Below are positions 39,999-53,100 of a stretch of DNA of 64,000 bases, piece by piece. Position numbers and translations under genes: made by a program. How positions within the stretch are numbered: the first letter of the stretch is position 1; every line of letters starts with the position of its first letter. Source of the stretch: Heptranchias perlo. Taxonomy: Eukaryota. The stretch is from the NCBI RefSeq assembly GCF_035084215.1, contig NC_090354.1:2790001-2854000 (forward strand), written 5' to 3'. Below the pieces are notes generated by a model. The model saw only the letters and a list, made by a program, of their open reading frames with translations, had not been told where the DNA came from and searched no databases.

Positions 39999-41042
39999 CT
40001 GGGAAGATGCAGTTAAAAGGGATAAACGTGTAGCATTGTTGCAACTTGCATTTATATAGCGCCTTTAACATAGCAAAAAACATCCCAAGGTGCTTCACAG
40101 GAGCGTTATCAAAATTTGACACCGAGGCACATATGCAGGCAATTTGGACAGGTGACCAAAAGCTTGGTCAAAGAGTTAGGTTGTAAGGAGCATCTTAGAG
40201 GAAAGAGAGGCAGAGAAGTTTAGGGAGAGAATTCCAAAGCTTAGGGTCTAGACAGTTGAAGGCACGCCCATCGATGGTGGAGCGATGAAAATCGGGGATG
40301 CGCAAGAGTCCAGAATTGGAGGAACACAGAGATCTCGGAGGGTTGTAGGCCTGGAGGAAGTTACAGAGATAGGGAGGGGTGATGCCATGGAGGGATTTGA
40401 AAACAAGGTTGAGAATTTTAAAATGTAGGTGTTGCCGGACTGGGAGCCAGTGTAGGTCAGCAAACGCATGGGTGAACGGGACTTGGTGCGAGTTAGGATA
40501 CGGGCAGCAGAGCTTTGGATGAACTCAAGTTTACGGAGGGTGCAAGATGGGGGCCAGCCAGGACAGCATTGGAATAGTCGAGTCTAGAGGTAACAAAGGC
40601 ATGTACACACTCCTAGTCCTGAAAGGCAGGTACCTTTTTATGCTGAGATGTGCAGAGTTGGAATTCGTTGTCATTCCTGACCCATTCAAGCCCCACTTGA
40701 GCACATAATCTCGGCTGACGCTCCAGTCTCTGCACCTTCACAGGCACTGTTCTCTGGATGAAACATTAAACCGAGGCCATGTCTGCTTGTCCTGCTTTTC
40801 CAGGGAAAGATGGTGAAGGGCCCAGGTCACAGTTCTCCCAGAGCTGGCTAACGTTCCTCCCTCAGCCAACAACACCAAGAAACAGATTGCCTGGCCACTC
40901 ATCTCATTGCTGTTTGTGGGATTTTGTGTGCAAAATGCCTGTCATGTTTTCCTTTATAACAGTGCTTGCAACTTAAAGTAACTTAATGTATGTGAAGTGC
41001 ATTAGGATGTTACTGTGATTACACACTATATAAATGCAAGTC

Positions 41043-41440
41043 TTCACTCCCTCTCTCCTTTTTCTTCTCTTTCCCTCCTTCCTTCTTACCTTCCTTTTTT
41101 TCTCCTTCCCTTCCTTCCATTATTTTACCCTATCCTTTCTCCCTTTCCTTCCCTCCCATCCTCCGTTCCTTACTTTCCGACCCTTCCCCCCTTTCCTATC
41201 TCCCTTCCTTTTTTTTGCTTTCCTCTTTTCCTTTTGTCCTTCCCTTCCTTTCTTCCCTTTCCTCCTCCTTCCATCCTTTCCTCCTTTCCTTTCTCTTCCA
41301 TTTTCACTTCTTTCCTTTTCCTTCGCCCCTCCCTTACTATCTTTCTCCCTTCTATTCCAAGCCTGTCCTTCCCTGCCCTCTAATCCCTTTCTTCCCGTCC
41401 ATCCCTTCCCTTCCCATCCCTCACTTCCATTTTTTTCCCA
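41043..41440. repeat. Polypyrimidine (TTCC/CT-rich) low-complexity tract
   Basis: About 400 nt almost entirely C and T. Confidence 0.9.
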
Positions 41441-43344
41441 TCTATTTTGGTCCCTCAGGCACATATTTCGAAAGGAACTCTTAAATTTGAAAGGAGCTAT
41501 ATCTAATATTGTTGTATGACTAATACTTTATTTAATGTCCGGAGGAGAGATTAAATCCAAGAAATTCCTGTTCTGTATAGCTGAATGGTAGAATCCAATT
41601 GTCTCCTTACCTGTCCCCACTGAAGGTGTTGATTCATAGCTAACCTTCATATGTCGGCCTTGACAGTGAGTGTTGACAAGCTATTCAACTGCAAAGGGCA
41701 TCACAGATCACAGACAAGCCTGATCTTGTCCCTCCCTACCTGATGTTCACACACATGCACTTCGAGATAGTGATCAGGAGCAATTACCCTGGTTAATTTC
41801 CTCCTCCCTAACCCAGGACCACTGAAGCCAATTGTAATACTACTACAGCCTGGGATCAACTAACTTAGCAGAGGCCGGGGATTGAATCTGGGATCTTTTT
41901 AATCTGTGTGGCTCATATACTCACTGCTTTAACTGGGCGAGTATTGGGGGAGGGAGGGGGGTGGGTGAAAAATCATCGCATTATTTCTTGACTAAATTTG
42001 CAGCAATAACCTGGCAATCGTTAATCATTTAACAAGAATGTTAGTCTGCATTAACACAGAGGACAGTGATTGCAATCGCTGACATAGAAACTGACTTAGA
42101 ACTGAACCAAACCCACCCCCAAATAAAATTGAAACTGCATATATTGGAAAACACCAGCCGATTCCAGCGAGCAATTGCGAGCCATGTAATCTAATCTGAG
42201 AGTTCAGATGACTGTAATAAACTGCACCTTCTTTGCTCCGCTGGTTCGAGATGTCATTTGACATCCCCCTTCCCCCTGCCCCCCAATTAGATTAATGCCT
42301 TGTAAACACTCCCAAGTATCCATTTTTCTCCATTTAAAAGCCCAGGGAAGGCCTGTGTCCTGATCACAGCCCAGCTGGGAAATTTATCTTTTGGTGTCTA
42401 GTATAATGTATGGTGATGGAATGGCTGTGATAAGTGAGATGATGTCAGCAAAGTTACATAAAATGTGCCCACTGTACATACAGGGGTGTAAAAGAGTGCT
42501 GCCAATAAGGTGCAGTTTATTATTTGAATTAGAAGCAAGTTAAACCTGTTTACTGTCTGCTCCCATTTCTCGACTGTGTCCATTGCTACAAAAATGCACA
42601 TCAATCACAAAATAGTGAGGTCCATGGAAACAAATTCAATTTACTGTAGCTTAATGCAGAAATTGGAGGGATTAAGGTTTTAGTATTTTCATTGTTGTTG
42701 GTTTATGTTGGAGTCAGTAACATTCATGTGGAGCCATAGAGAAAGGCTGGCATGGCCTGTGTCTCCTGCTACATGCACGCTCGCTCGCTCCCATGTACAC
42801 GCTCTCTCTCTCACACAAACTCAGTCACTCTCTCTCACACACACTCTCTGTGCAACCTCGCAGTGTAACAATTGTATAGTGAAACAAGGACACGCTACAA
42901 GATGTTTCCACTTGTGGGGGAGACCAAAACTAGGGGCCATAAATATAAAATAGGTACTAATAAATCCAATAAAGAATTCAGGAGAAATTTCACCCAGAGA
43001 GTGGTGAGAATGTGGAACTCGCTACCACATGGAGTAGTGAGGCAAATAGCATAGATGCATTTAAGGGGAAGCTAGATAAACACATGAGCAATAGAGGAAT
43101 GGAAGGATATGCTGATAGGGTGAAATGAAGTAGGTGGGAGGAAGCTTGTGTGGAGCTATAAACACCAGCAAAGACCAGTTGGGCCGAATGGCCTGTTTCT
43201 GTGCTGTAAATTCTTATGTAATTCTATGTAATTTCTTCATCATCAGCAAATGAGAGGAAGAGAGCTCAGTCCCCGATCCCCTGATCCCACCCTCTGCCCC
43301 GAGCTTTGGCCGCTCTCGGCAATCCCGACCACGGAAGCACCCAC

Positions 43345-43542
43345 CTGTGTAAAACTGACAGCTGTGGCCTGGTTGCGGGGAGACCTCCTCTTGCTTGATC
43401 CGCTTGTTTTTTTGCTGAGTGGCTACATTTTGCTGAGCCAGGGGGTGCGCTGCCGGCATCTCGTCGGAGGAGCTGTCGGATGACCTCGCCGCCCGCCACT
43501 CACCATGCTGGTTATTGGGCGCCGGTGGAAAGACGGCAGTGC
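43345..43542 (-). CDS. Linker exon 2 (..SSDSSSDE..KRIKQEEVSPQPGHSCQFYTG)
   Basis: aattccag| acceptor, ACAG|gtgggt donor, 198 nt, phase 1-1, CpG-rich coding-like composition. Confidence 0.82.
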
Positions 43543-44149
43543 CTGGAATTAGAGGGGGGTCTGTCAGCGGCCGTACCGTAAGGTGCAAAAGGGATTCACT
43601 CAGCCTGCAGGTAGATGTTCAAACCACAGCCAAAAAAAGCAAAGGGAAGGTATGGAAAAACTATTTCCTCTGATGGGGGGAGTCCAGAACAAGTGGGCAT
43701 AACCTTAAAGTTAGAGCTAGGCCGTTCAGGGGTGATGTCAGGAAGCACTTCTTCACACAAAGGGGAGTGGAAATCTGGAACTCTCTCCCCCAAAAAGCTG
43801 TTGAGGCTGGGGGTCAATTGAAAATTTCAAAACTGAGATCGATAGATTTTTGTTAGGTGAGGATATTAAGGGTCATGGAACCAAGGTGGGTAGATGGAGT
43901 TAAGATCAGCCATGATCGAATTGAATTGAAGGCTGGAGGGGCTGAATGGCCTCATTCTGTTCCTGTGTTTACCACTATTTGTAAAAAAAATGCCTACTGA
44001 TGTAGAGTCCAAAGAATCACATTACTGCAGCCATTAAATTAACAATTTCCAGTTGACATTTTTTTTTAAAGTAATAATTTTGATGCTATGTGGGATGTTC
44101 GTAGATTGAAGTGATCCACCCATCCTCGTTTGGGTAAACTAAGACTCGC

Positions 44150-44320
44150 CTGTATAAAACTGTGAGTCCTGCTCCTCCTGCTCAGCTCCCTCTGAAGGCT
44201 GCTCGCGAGAGTCTTCCTCTGCTTCATCCAGTGGTTGTGTTGTTGTTCCCTCTCCATAGTAGTCTGGGACAGGCTGTCCATCTTGCAGGTAGAGAGATGG
44301 ATGCACAAACACAGGAAAAC
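44150..44320 (-). CDS. Linker exon 1 (..EAEEDSREQ..EQDSQFYTG), GC-AG donor
   Basis: gtttcag| acceptor, ACAG|gcgagt non-canonical GC donor at the same motif position as sibling exons, 171 nt, phase 1-1. Confidence 0.72.
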
Positions 44321-44773
44321 CTGAAACGGCCAATACGTATACAAATTAATATTTGTGCTTTTTCTTTTATCTCCTGTCCCAATGGCGATAGCGCGTACTT
44401 AACTACAGCTCCTTGAGTACACTCTAGTACCCCACTTAAATGGTATCTTCCATGGTTTTATAAATCTCTATGCATAGATTTGTTGGAGCACGGAAAGCTT
44501 TGCCACAGGGAGTGGTTGAGGCAGAGGCCATTACAACTTTCAAGGGAAAAGTGTATAAATATTTGAAGCACAGGAAAATACAGGGTTATGGCAAGAGAGT
44601 GGGGTGAAGAGATTAGTTTTGGATTGCTCTAGCAAAGAGCCAACACAGACATGATGGGCTGAACGGTCTCCTTCTGTGGTGTAAACGTCTGTGGTTCTAA
44701 TTCCTCGTATCTGATTGTAGAATGTGAGTCCTGGCAGGATATTCGCCTGATCATCTCCATGTCCGATGTCCAA

Positions 44774-45358
44774 ACAACAACTTGCATTTATATAGCGCCT
44801 TTGACATAGTAAAACGTCCCAAGGCGCTTCACAGGAGCGTTATCAAATAAAATTTGACACCGAGCCACATAAGAAGATATTAGGACAGGTGACCAAAAGC
44901 TTGGTCAAAGAGGTAAGTTTTAAGGAGTGTCTTAAAGGAAGAGAGAGAGGCGGAGAGGTTTAGGGAGGGAATTCCAGAGCTTAGGGCCTAGGCAGCTGAA
45001 GGCACGGCCGCCAGTGGTGGAGCGATGAAAATCGGGGATGTGCAAAAGGCCAGAATTGGAGGAGTGCAGAGATCTCGGAGGGTTGTGGGGCTGGAGGAGG
45101 ATACGGAGATAGGGATAGGCGAGGCCATGGAAGGATTTGAACACAAGGATGAGCATTTTAAAATCGAGGCGTTGCTGGACCGGGAGCCAATGTCGATCAG
45201 CAAGCACAAGGGTTATGGGTGAACAGGACTTGGTGCGAGCTAGGATGCGGGCAGCAGGGTTTTGGATGAGCTCAAGTGTACGGAGGGCGGCAGTTGGGAA
45301 GCTGGCCAGGAGAGCATTGGAATAGTCAATTCTGAGGGTAACAAAAGAATGGATGAGA
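44774..45358 (-). mobile_element. L2-clade LINE 3' fragment
   Basis: ORF 44932-45363 (RIDYSNALL..QNPAARIL..HWLPV..GGRAFS..LWNSLP). Confidence 0.85.
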
Positions 45359-46785
45359 ATCACGACGGCCAGCAGCCAGATCAGGCTACTAGTCCAATAT
45401 ACTAAAGTCTTGTCATCACTAGAACCTAAGATAAGTCAAGGACAGGAAATAAGTACTCGCCCCTCTACTCTGCCACATGGCATCCAACTGTGATTTGTGC
45501 GCCTGCCTTTATTGCACTGCCTGGCTGATTATTCTAGCCATTTATCACCCTCTGTGTGATGAAGTTCTTTCTGCTATCTGACCTAAATTTATTTTTCACT
45601 ACTTTTATATTTGACCTCTGCTTCTATCATCCTGCTGTATTGTAAAATAATATTTAGGATTTCCTTTATCTAAGCCATTTAATACTTTATATACTTCAAC
45701 CAGATCCACCTTAACCATCCTCTCTTTAGATTGTAGCGACTGTGGTTTTTTTTAATCTTTCCCCATAACTCATTCCCCTTACACCTGCAATCATTCGTGT
45801 ATGCACTATTTTTAAAGAACATCCTTTTATAAAGTGAAAAATAAATCAAACGGTAACTATGAACGATGTTATGAGCAGAAGCATGGAAAGGCCATTAAGC
45901 CCATCTAGCTTGCTCCGTCCAGAGTCCGTGTGTGATTATTCAAAGCTCCCTCCAGAGTCCCTTTATGATTACTCGAACATGGGCTTCGCCTCCCCTTCCA
46001 ACTACCTTTTGAACCCCTTGTCTGTGATGCTGTCTGTAGTCGAATATTCTGCTGGCACACATTGTCAAAGCTGACACTGCTCATTTGGGTGAGGTATTGG
46101 GAGAATGGCCGGTATCTGTGGAACTATACCCAGCAAGGAGTCAGGAGAGAAGAAAAAGTTTGTGAGAAGAATTGGCAAGCAAAATGTGTTTTGAGTACTG
46201 ATATCAACAGTGATGGAGCTAACAGATGAAGTTATCGAGTCTAACAGTGTGACAGAGACAATTAACACACAGCTGATTGAGGTGACACAGTTCGGCTGGA
46301 ATACATCAGGGGTAAAGGCAAAGGGCCAGAAATTCCTGGGCAGTCTTGAATCTTGGCTAGAGTTCCTGAACCTGTCTAGCCCTCAATCCCCTTTCTCAAC
46401 TGATATCAGTGCAGCTTCTTTTAATGGTGTCAATTGACCCTGACTCAACTCCCTTCTCTGGGAGTTTCACAGGAGACATTATCCTGCCAGTGTCTCTAAC
46501 CCTAGATTTTTGTTAGGCAAAGGTATTGAGGGTTGCAGAACCAAGGCGGGTAAATGGAGTTAAGATGCAGATCAGCCATGTTCTGGTTGAATGGTGGAAC
46601 AGGCTCGAGGGGCTGAATGACCTTCTCCTGTTCCTATGTCGGAAATCACAGGATCAGGCTATTTTGAATATTTTTGGCTGGCGCCCACTTGACTAGCCAG
46701 TGTCAGCAGGCCTGTGGGGCTCTGCGATTGACTGTGTTCCAGAAACTGGCTTCTCAATGTACAAATTCCCCCCTCCCCCCAAGGC

Positions 46786-47112
46786 AGTCAATTTGCACAC
46801 AGCAAGGTCCCACAAATAGCAATGAGATAAATGACCAGACAATCTGTTTTAGTGATGTTGGTTGAGGGATAAATATTAGCCAGGATACCTGCTCCTCTTT
46901 GAAATAGTGCCGTGGGTTCTTTTACATCCATCTGAGAGGGCAGACAGGCCTTGGTTTAACGTCTTATCTGAAAGATGGCACCTCTGACAGTGCAGCTTTC
47001 CCTCAGTATTGGCACTGGGAGTGTCAGCCTAGATTATGTGCTCAAGTCTCTGTAGTGGGACTTGAACCCGCAACCTTCTGATGCAGAGGCGAGAGTGTTA
47101 CCCACTGAGGCA
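46786..47112 (-). mobile_element. Deu-domain SINE
   Basis: Reverse-complement match to the same family. Confidence 0.8.
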
Positions 47113-50100
47113 CTGCTATACAGACTAGGAAGTAGTAAAACCATGGTCTCTGCTGAATAAGCTGATTTCAGATGAAATGGCAATTGAGGTCACTACAATT
47201 GGCATCAGTGCCCCTAAATGAGGGAAAGTGGGGGAGAAAACAGCCAGGGTTCCTGCTCCTGGTCACTGTCCAGTGACTCCCTAATAAAATGTGAGTGTAG
47301 ATGTTGGGTGAGGCTGGACTGACTTTGTGTCCTACATGGTCTAATAGTTTGCCAACGCGCAAACGCACATACTGTCCAGATTGTGACAGGAGAAATGGAT
47401 GCTTGGGCAAGATGTCACAGGGCAGCTGTTGCCTGCGGAAGTGTACCTTGGCATGATTCATCCCTTCAGGGCAGGAGAAGGGAAAATTGGAAAAAACAGA
47501 ATGGCAACAGCCGATCGAATGTTAATGCCCCCAGAGCATGTGGCGCTGCGAGGGTTAAGCACATTACGCTCCAGCCTGTACATATATTTTAATTTTCAAC
47601 TATTTCACTGACGCTCATGTAATTTAGTAAATCATAGTCACAATGCCGCCCTCTTATTGGAAGATAAATGCAGAATTAAATTTTATTATTCCTGAAACAC
47701 GAGAACCTACAGGGACTAAAAAGTAATATTGAGGGAGAGGAGACAGTGGGTGGTCTGAGTGGAGTGGATTGAATAAAGCCCTTGTGCTGGCTTGATCATA
47801 TTACTGATTTCTAATCGCTCAGGCATTCTCAGCTACCCAACAACAAGAGCAGTACAGCTCGGCTTCAGGACAAGAGAAAATGTGATGAAAGATTCTAGGC
47901 TTTTACAAAGAAAGGGAATGGAAAGTGGTTCACTTCCTGGTACCGTTGAGTCCTGATAAGATCGTCTGTATAATGCAATGAGAAGCAGTTTAACATTGAA
48001 TTCTCATTGCTGTAGTGCTCCCATGAACCAGCCACTGCCTCGTCCCCGATAAGATCAACTTCCATTTCATGACGTACAGTGTGACCTTAAAGAGGACTTG
48101 ATTGTATCTAAAAAGAATGAGGTTTTTTTAATCGGGCTTGGGACTGCTGAAATAAAAAACAACAGGATGTGATTTTTAATATAGATAATTTGTACAAAGA
48201 TCCTCTTCTGTTGGCCTACATTGCATTAACCCACCAAGTGCCACATTGCCTTGTGTGGCTTTGGGTATGCTTTGCATGTTTGGAGTGGGAACAAGCTTCG
48301 AGCACCAAGTGCGCTACACTGGATCTACCGCAAAGCTCAGCTTTCATTCCCATTCCCCTCACCCCCCCAAAAACAACAACAACTTGCATTTATATAGCAT
48401 CTTTAACATAGTAAAATGTCCCAAAGCGCTTCACAGGAGCGATTATCAGACAAAATCTGACACCGCGCCACGTAATGAGATATTACAACAGGTGATCAAA
48501 AGCTTGGTCAAAGAGGTAGGTTTTGAGGAGCGTCTTAAAAGAGGAGAGAGGCAGAATGGTTTAGGGAGTGAATTGCAGAGCTTAGGCCCTAGGCAGCTGA
48601 AGGCACGGCCACAAATGGTGTATAATTGTTCTGTGGAATTATACCCGGCAGTAGTCACTCCTTGTTTTCAAATCCCTCCATGGCCTCGCCCCTCCCTATC
48701 TCTGTAACCTCCTCCAGCCCTACAACCCTCCAAGACCTCTGCATTCTTCCAACTCTGGCCTCTTGCGCATCCCCGGTTTTCTTTGCTCCACCATTGGTGG
48801 CCGTCTTTAGCTGCGTAGGCCCTAAGCTCAGGAATTCCCTCCCTAAACCTCTCGGCCTCTCTACCTCTCTCTCCTCCTTTAAGACTCGGTTTTAAACCTA
48901 TCTCTTTGACCAAGCTTTTGGTCACCTGTCCTAATGTCTCCTTATGTGGCTCGGTGTCAAATTTTGTTTGATTACGCTCCTTTGAAGCGCCTTGGAATGT
49001 TTTAGTACATTAAAGATACTATATAAATGCAAGTTGTTGTTTCTTTAATGTGTGATATCATGAGGATTGAAATCTTTTAAAAATACTTCTGATTTTTTTT
49101 TTACAATTGCTTTAGTAACATAACCACAGTCTTTGGAGGTTTGAAATATGTTAAAAAATCAGATGCTTTTGTGTGTCTCAGTATTGATGTAAAGATGCTG
49201 ATTTTGTAACCTCATAAAACATTTAAAGAGATTGGTATTATGTTATGAAGCCTGTGCTGGCTTTTAAATCAAAAACTGTCAAATATCACGATCAACCATG
49301 CATAGTTCAATTTTCAGTGTTCAGTTTTGTTTGTTGAAATCATGAGCTGGAATGTTGTAGTATTATTACTATGTTGTAAAATATTTACTTTAATATTTTA
49401 AGAGTACTGTTTGCAGTTTTATGCTCCACATTATTGGAAGGATGTCAAGGCCTTATAGGGTACAGCACAGATTCACTAGGATGAGGAAATACAAATACAA
49501 ATTAAGACTTGGAAAATTGGGGCTTTTTTCATTAGAACAAGTCAGATTATGGGTGATGTGATATAAGTGTTTGAAATTATGAAAGAATGAGACAGAGTGA
49601 TAGAAACAGGCTGTTTGCAGTAGTTATGGGGTCTAGAACAAAGGGCCGGAGATACAAGAGATTTAGAACAGAGGGCAACAGACATTTCTTTATACAGAGA
49701 GTTGTGAGGCTGTGGAATTCACTTCCACAGTTAGTGGTTGAGGCAGAAATTATGTCAACATTCAAGGTTAGATTGGATGAAGGAAAAGGGGATAAAGGGA
49801 TATGGGAACAGGGTGGGTAAATGTGATTGGAACTATTTGTTTGCGTGGAGGGTAAACGCTGACACGGACTGGTTGGGCTTAATGGCCTGTTTCCATGTTG
49901 TAACTCCTTTGCATTTTTGTATACATGGGCCAGCAGAGTGGGACATCAGGAAATTTCATCCTCTTGACTTACTTCACCTACTCTCATATTCTTTTCAACC
50001 TTGGTGGTTTCCTGCCCAATGGCCATTTTCCCTTCTTCTAGGTTTTTTAATTTAAAAACAATATTGATTGTGTTATTTCCCAGTAATTAACTGTAAATTT

Positions 50101-53100
50101 ATCACTTGATAATCTTGCAGTGATTATGCTGTGATCATTAATTGCACTGAATTGGGGGTTGGGGTGGGAGGGGAGAGGGTTGCACTTAGCAAGACGAAGG
50201 ATGTTAGCGCTGAGGAATGGAGCACAACAACAGGAGGATACCATTCAGCCCCTCAAGCCTGTTCCACCATTCATTTAGACCACGGCTGATCTGCATCTTA
50301 ACTCCATTTACCTGCCTTGGTTCCATAACCCTTTATACCCTTGCCTGACAAAAATCTTATCAATCTCAGCTTTGAAATTTTCATTTGACCCCCAGCCTCA
50401 ATAGCTTTTTGGGGGAGAGAGTTCCAGATTTCCACTACACTTTGTATGAAGAAGTGCTTCCTGACACCACCCCCTGACCGACCGAGTTCTAATATTAAGG
50501 TTATGCCCCCACCAGAGGAAATAGTTTCTCTTTTCTACCTTATCAACTCTTTTAATCATCTTAAACACCACAATTAAGATCACTCCTTAATCTTCCATAC
50601 TCAAGGGAATACAAGCCTAGCCTATGCAACCTGTCCTCATAATTTTCATCTTTTTCTGCTAAGAGTGCATATCAGATATGCATAGGATGGGTGTAGCATT
50701 GGTTACAGGTGTCAGCTTGACTCAGTTGATAGTAGTCTTGCGTCTGAGAGGTTCAAGCTCCAGGAATTTGAGCTGATAAGCTGAAGCTGACACTGCCATG
50801 CCATGCTGAAGGAGTGCTGTATTGTCAGAGGTGCTGTGTCTTTGGATGAGATGTTAAGCCGTGGTCCCAATCTGCCTATTCATTGGACCTTAAAGATCCC
50901 ATCGTTCTATTCAGAGAATAGCAGAAGGTTCTCCCGGTGTCCTGGCCAACATTCCTCCTTCAACCAATACCATTAAAAACAGATTGACAATTCATCCTGC
51001 TGTTTGTGGGACCTTGTGCTGTGTAAAATGGCTGCCTCGTTTACAGAACAATAGTCACTTTGCTTAAGAGTAATTCATCGTATGTGAAGTGTTTTGAAAT
51101 GTTTCTGAAGCCTGATTAGTCACTATACGAATAAAAGTCCTTTCTTTCATGTAAAATCAAGCTCCCCCTGTACTAACCCAGCAATGCACCTTAACTCCAA
51201 CATAGAACAATTGATACTAGCTCAATTTATAAATTTAAATCTGAGATAGATAGCTTTTTGGCAACCAAAGGTATTAAGGGATATGGGCCAAAGGCAGGTA
51301 TATGGAGTTAGATCACAGATCAGCCATGATCTTATCAAATGGCGGAGCAGGCACGAGGGGCTGAATGGCCTACTCCTGTTCCTATGTTCCTATATAATCA
51401 ATTCGCATCACTGCACCAGTTTGAAGTTTTCCATTTCCCAACCCAATCTTCTTGTGGTCTCTATGAGTAACATTACCTATTTGTGCTGAACTATAACAGT
51501 TTTGTTCTATGGATTCAGACTGCAGCATCTCACAAAGCATCCTTACAAGCACCAGAGAGGATATGTTAATAGGGTGAGATGAAGTAAAGTGGGAGGGGGC
51601 TTGTGTGGAGCATAAACACCGGCATAGACCAGTTGGGCCGAATGGTCTGTTTCTGTGCTGTAAATTCTATGTAATTCTATGAAACATTTTTTTAGAAAGG
51701 TATTGTTTATACCGACATTAGATTGATCACCATATGCAGTATTCAAACACAGATAATGCTTGTGGTCCAAGACTGATCCTCCTGTGGGTCAGTCGATTGA
51801 AACTGAATACCATGGCCATTTAAGCATATTAGCATAATCAAGTCAATAGAGTTAGAAGGTCCCCATCCAAGTACAATGAGAACAATGAAACATGCAGACC
51901 ACAGTCTTCCTGAAAGATACATGGTGCCCTGTCCTGAGGCATGAATATTAGCCAGACTGTACTGTAAGTTTTATCAGCAAACAGTCACTGACCTTACCTC
52001 TATGTGTGCAATGTGACCAGCAATAGAGAATCCAATTGATAATCTAACCAAGATAAAAATGCTTCATCTTTGTTGCAGCTCGCACCACCCCCTCTGCTTC
52101 CTAGTGCTTTTCCTCCTCTTCCCAAACCCCTTTTTCCTGCTGTCATGCGTTTCTAGAGAGTTGAGAACTGAAATCTTATATTTTTCTTTGCCCTCTAATG
52201 TGTTTTTCAAAAGCGGTGCATTGCCCTAAATGCATTAAATTGCACCATTTAAGAAATGGTAAGCAAGGTGCATTTATATCCTTGCAGTCGGGTTTTACCT
52301 CAAGTGGTCCTCATCCCTACACAATTTTCTTGAAACTCACCCCGGTTACTGTCTCCATGCAAATAGGATGTCCGTGAACAGCACTGCAGACTCTCTGGCA
52401 ACTAACATTAACCTTTAGTTTCCCGGCAATTGAAATGATCCATACTGTCTGCAGATGTAGTTGCCTGTGCACCCCTTCTGCTTCCCACATTTGATCTACT
52501 CCTGACATGAAGCTGCTGACTCTTGCTATGCTACTGTCCACAGGTAGCAGCTGCCATCCAGTACCTCACTGGTCAACAACAACTTGCATTTATGTAATGG
52601 TTTTAATGTGGTAAAACGTCCCAAGGCGCTTCACAGGAATGATTATCAGTTAAAATTTGACACTGAGCCACAGAAGGAGATATTAGGAAAGGTGACCAAA
52701 AGCTTGGTCAAAGAGGTAGGTTTTAAGGAGCGTCTTAAAGGAGGAGAGAGAAGTAGAGAGGCGGAGAGGTTTAGGGAGGGAATTCCAGATCTTAAGGCCT
52801 AGATGGCTGAAGGCACGGCTGCCGATGATGGAATGATGAAAATCAGGGATGCGCAAGGGGCCAGAATTGGAGGTGGGCAGAGATCTTGGAGGGTTGTAGG
52901 GCTGGCGGAGGTTACAGAGATAGGGAGGGGAAAGGCCATAGAGGGATTTGAAAACAAGGATGAGAAAGGTCATTCTTCCATAGGCACTGATTTAGGAGAA
53001 GCAACTGCTCCCGCCAGTGTCAATATCAGGTTGTAATGCACCCTTAAATCTGATAAAAAAGAAAAGAATGAAAGAACTTGCATTAACATTGTGCCTTTCT

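Noticed and set aside
41015-41519. ORFs of 89-161 aa rich in P/F/S/L or K/R/G/E
   Set aside because: Artefacts of the CT-rich tract.
52335-52541. Possible extra - strand exon with gtgagt donor at 52340
   Set aside because: No polypyrimidine acceptor and no similarity to the linker-exon family.
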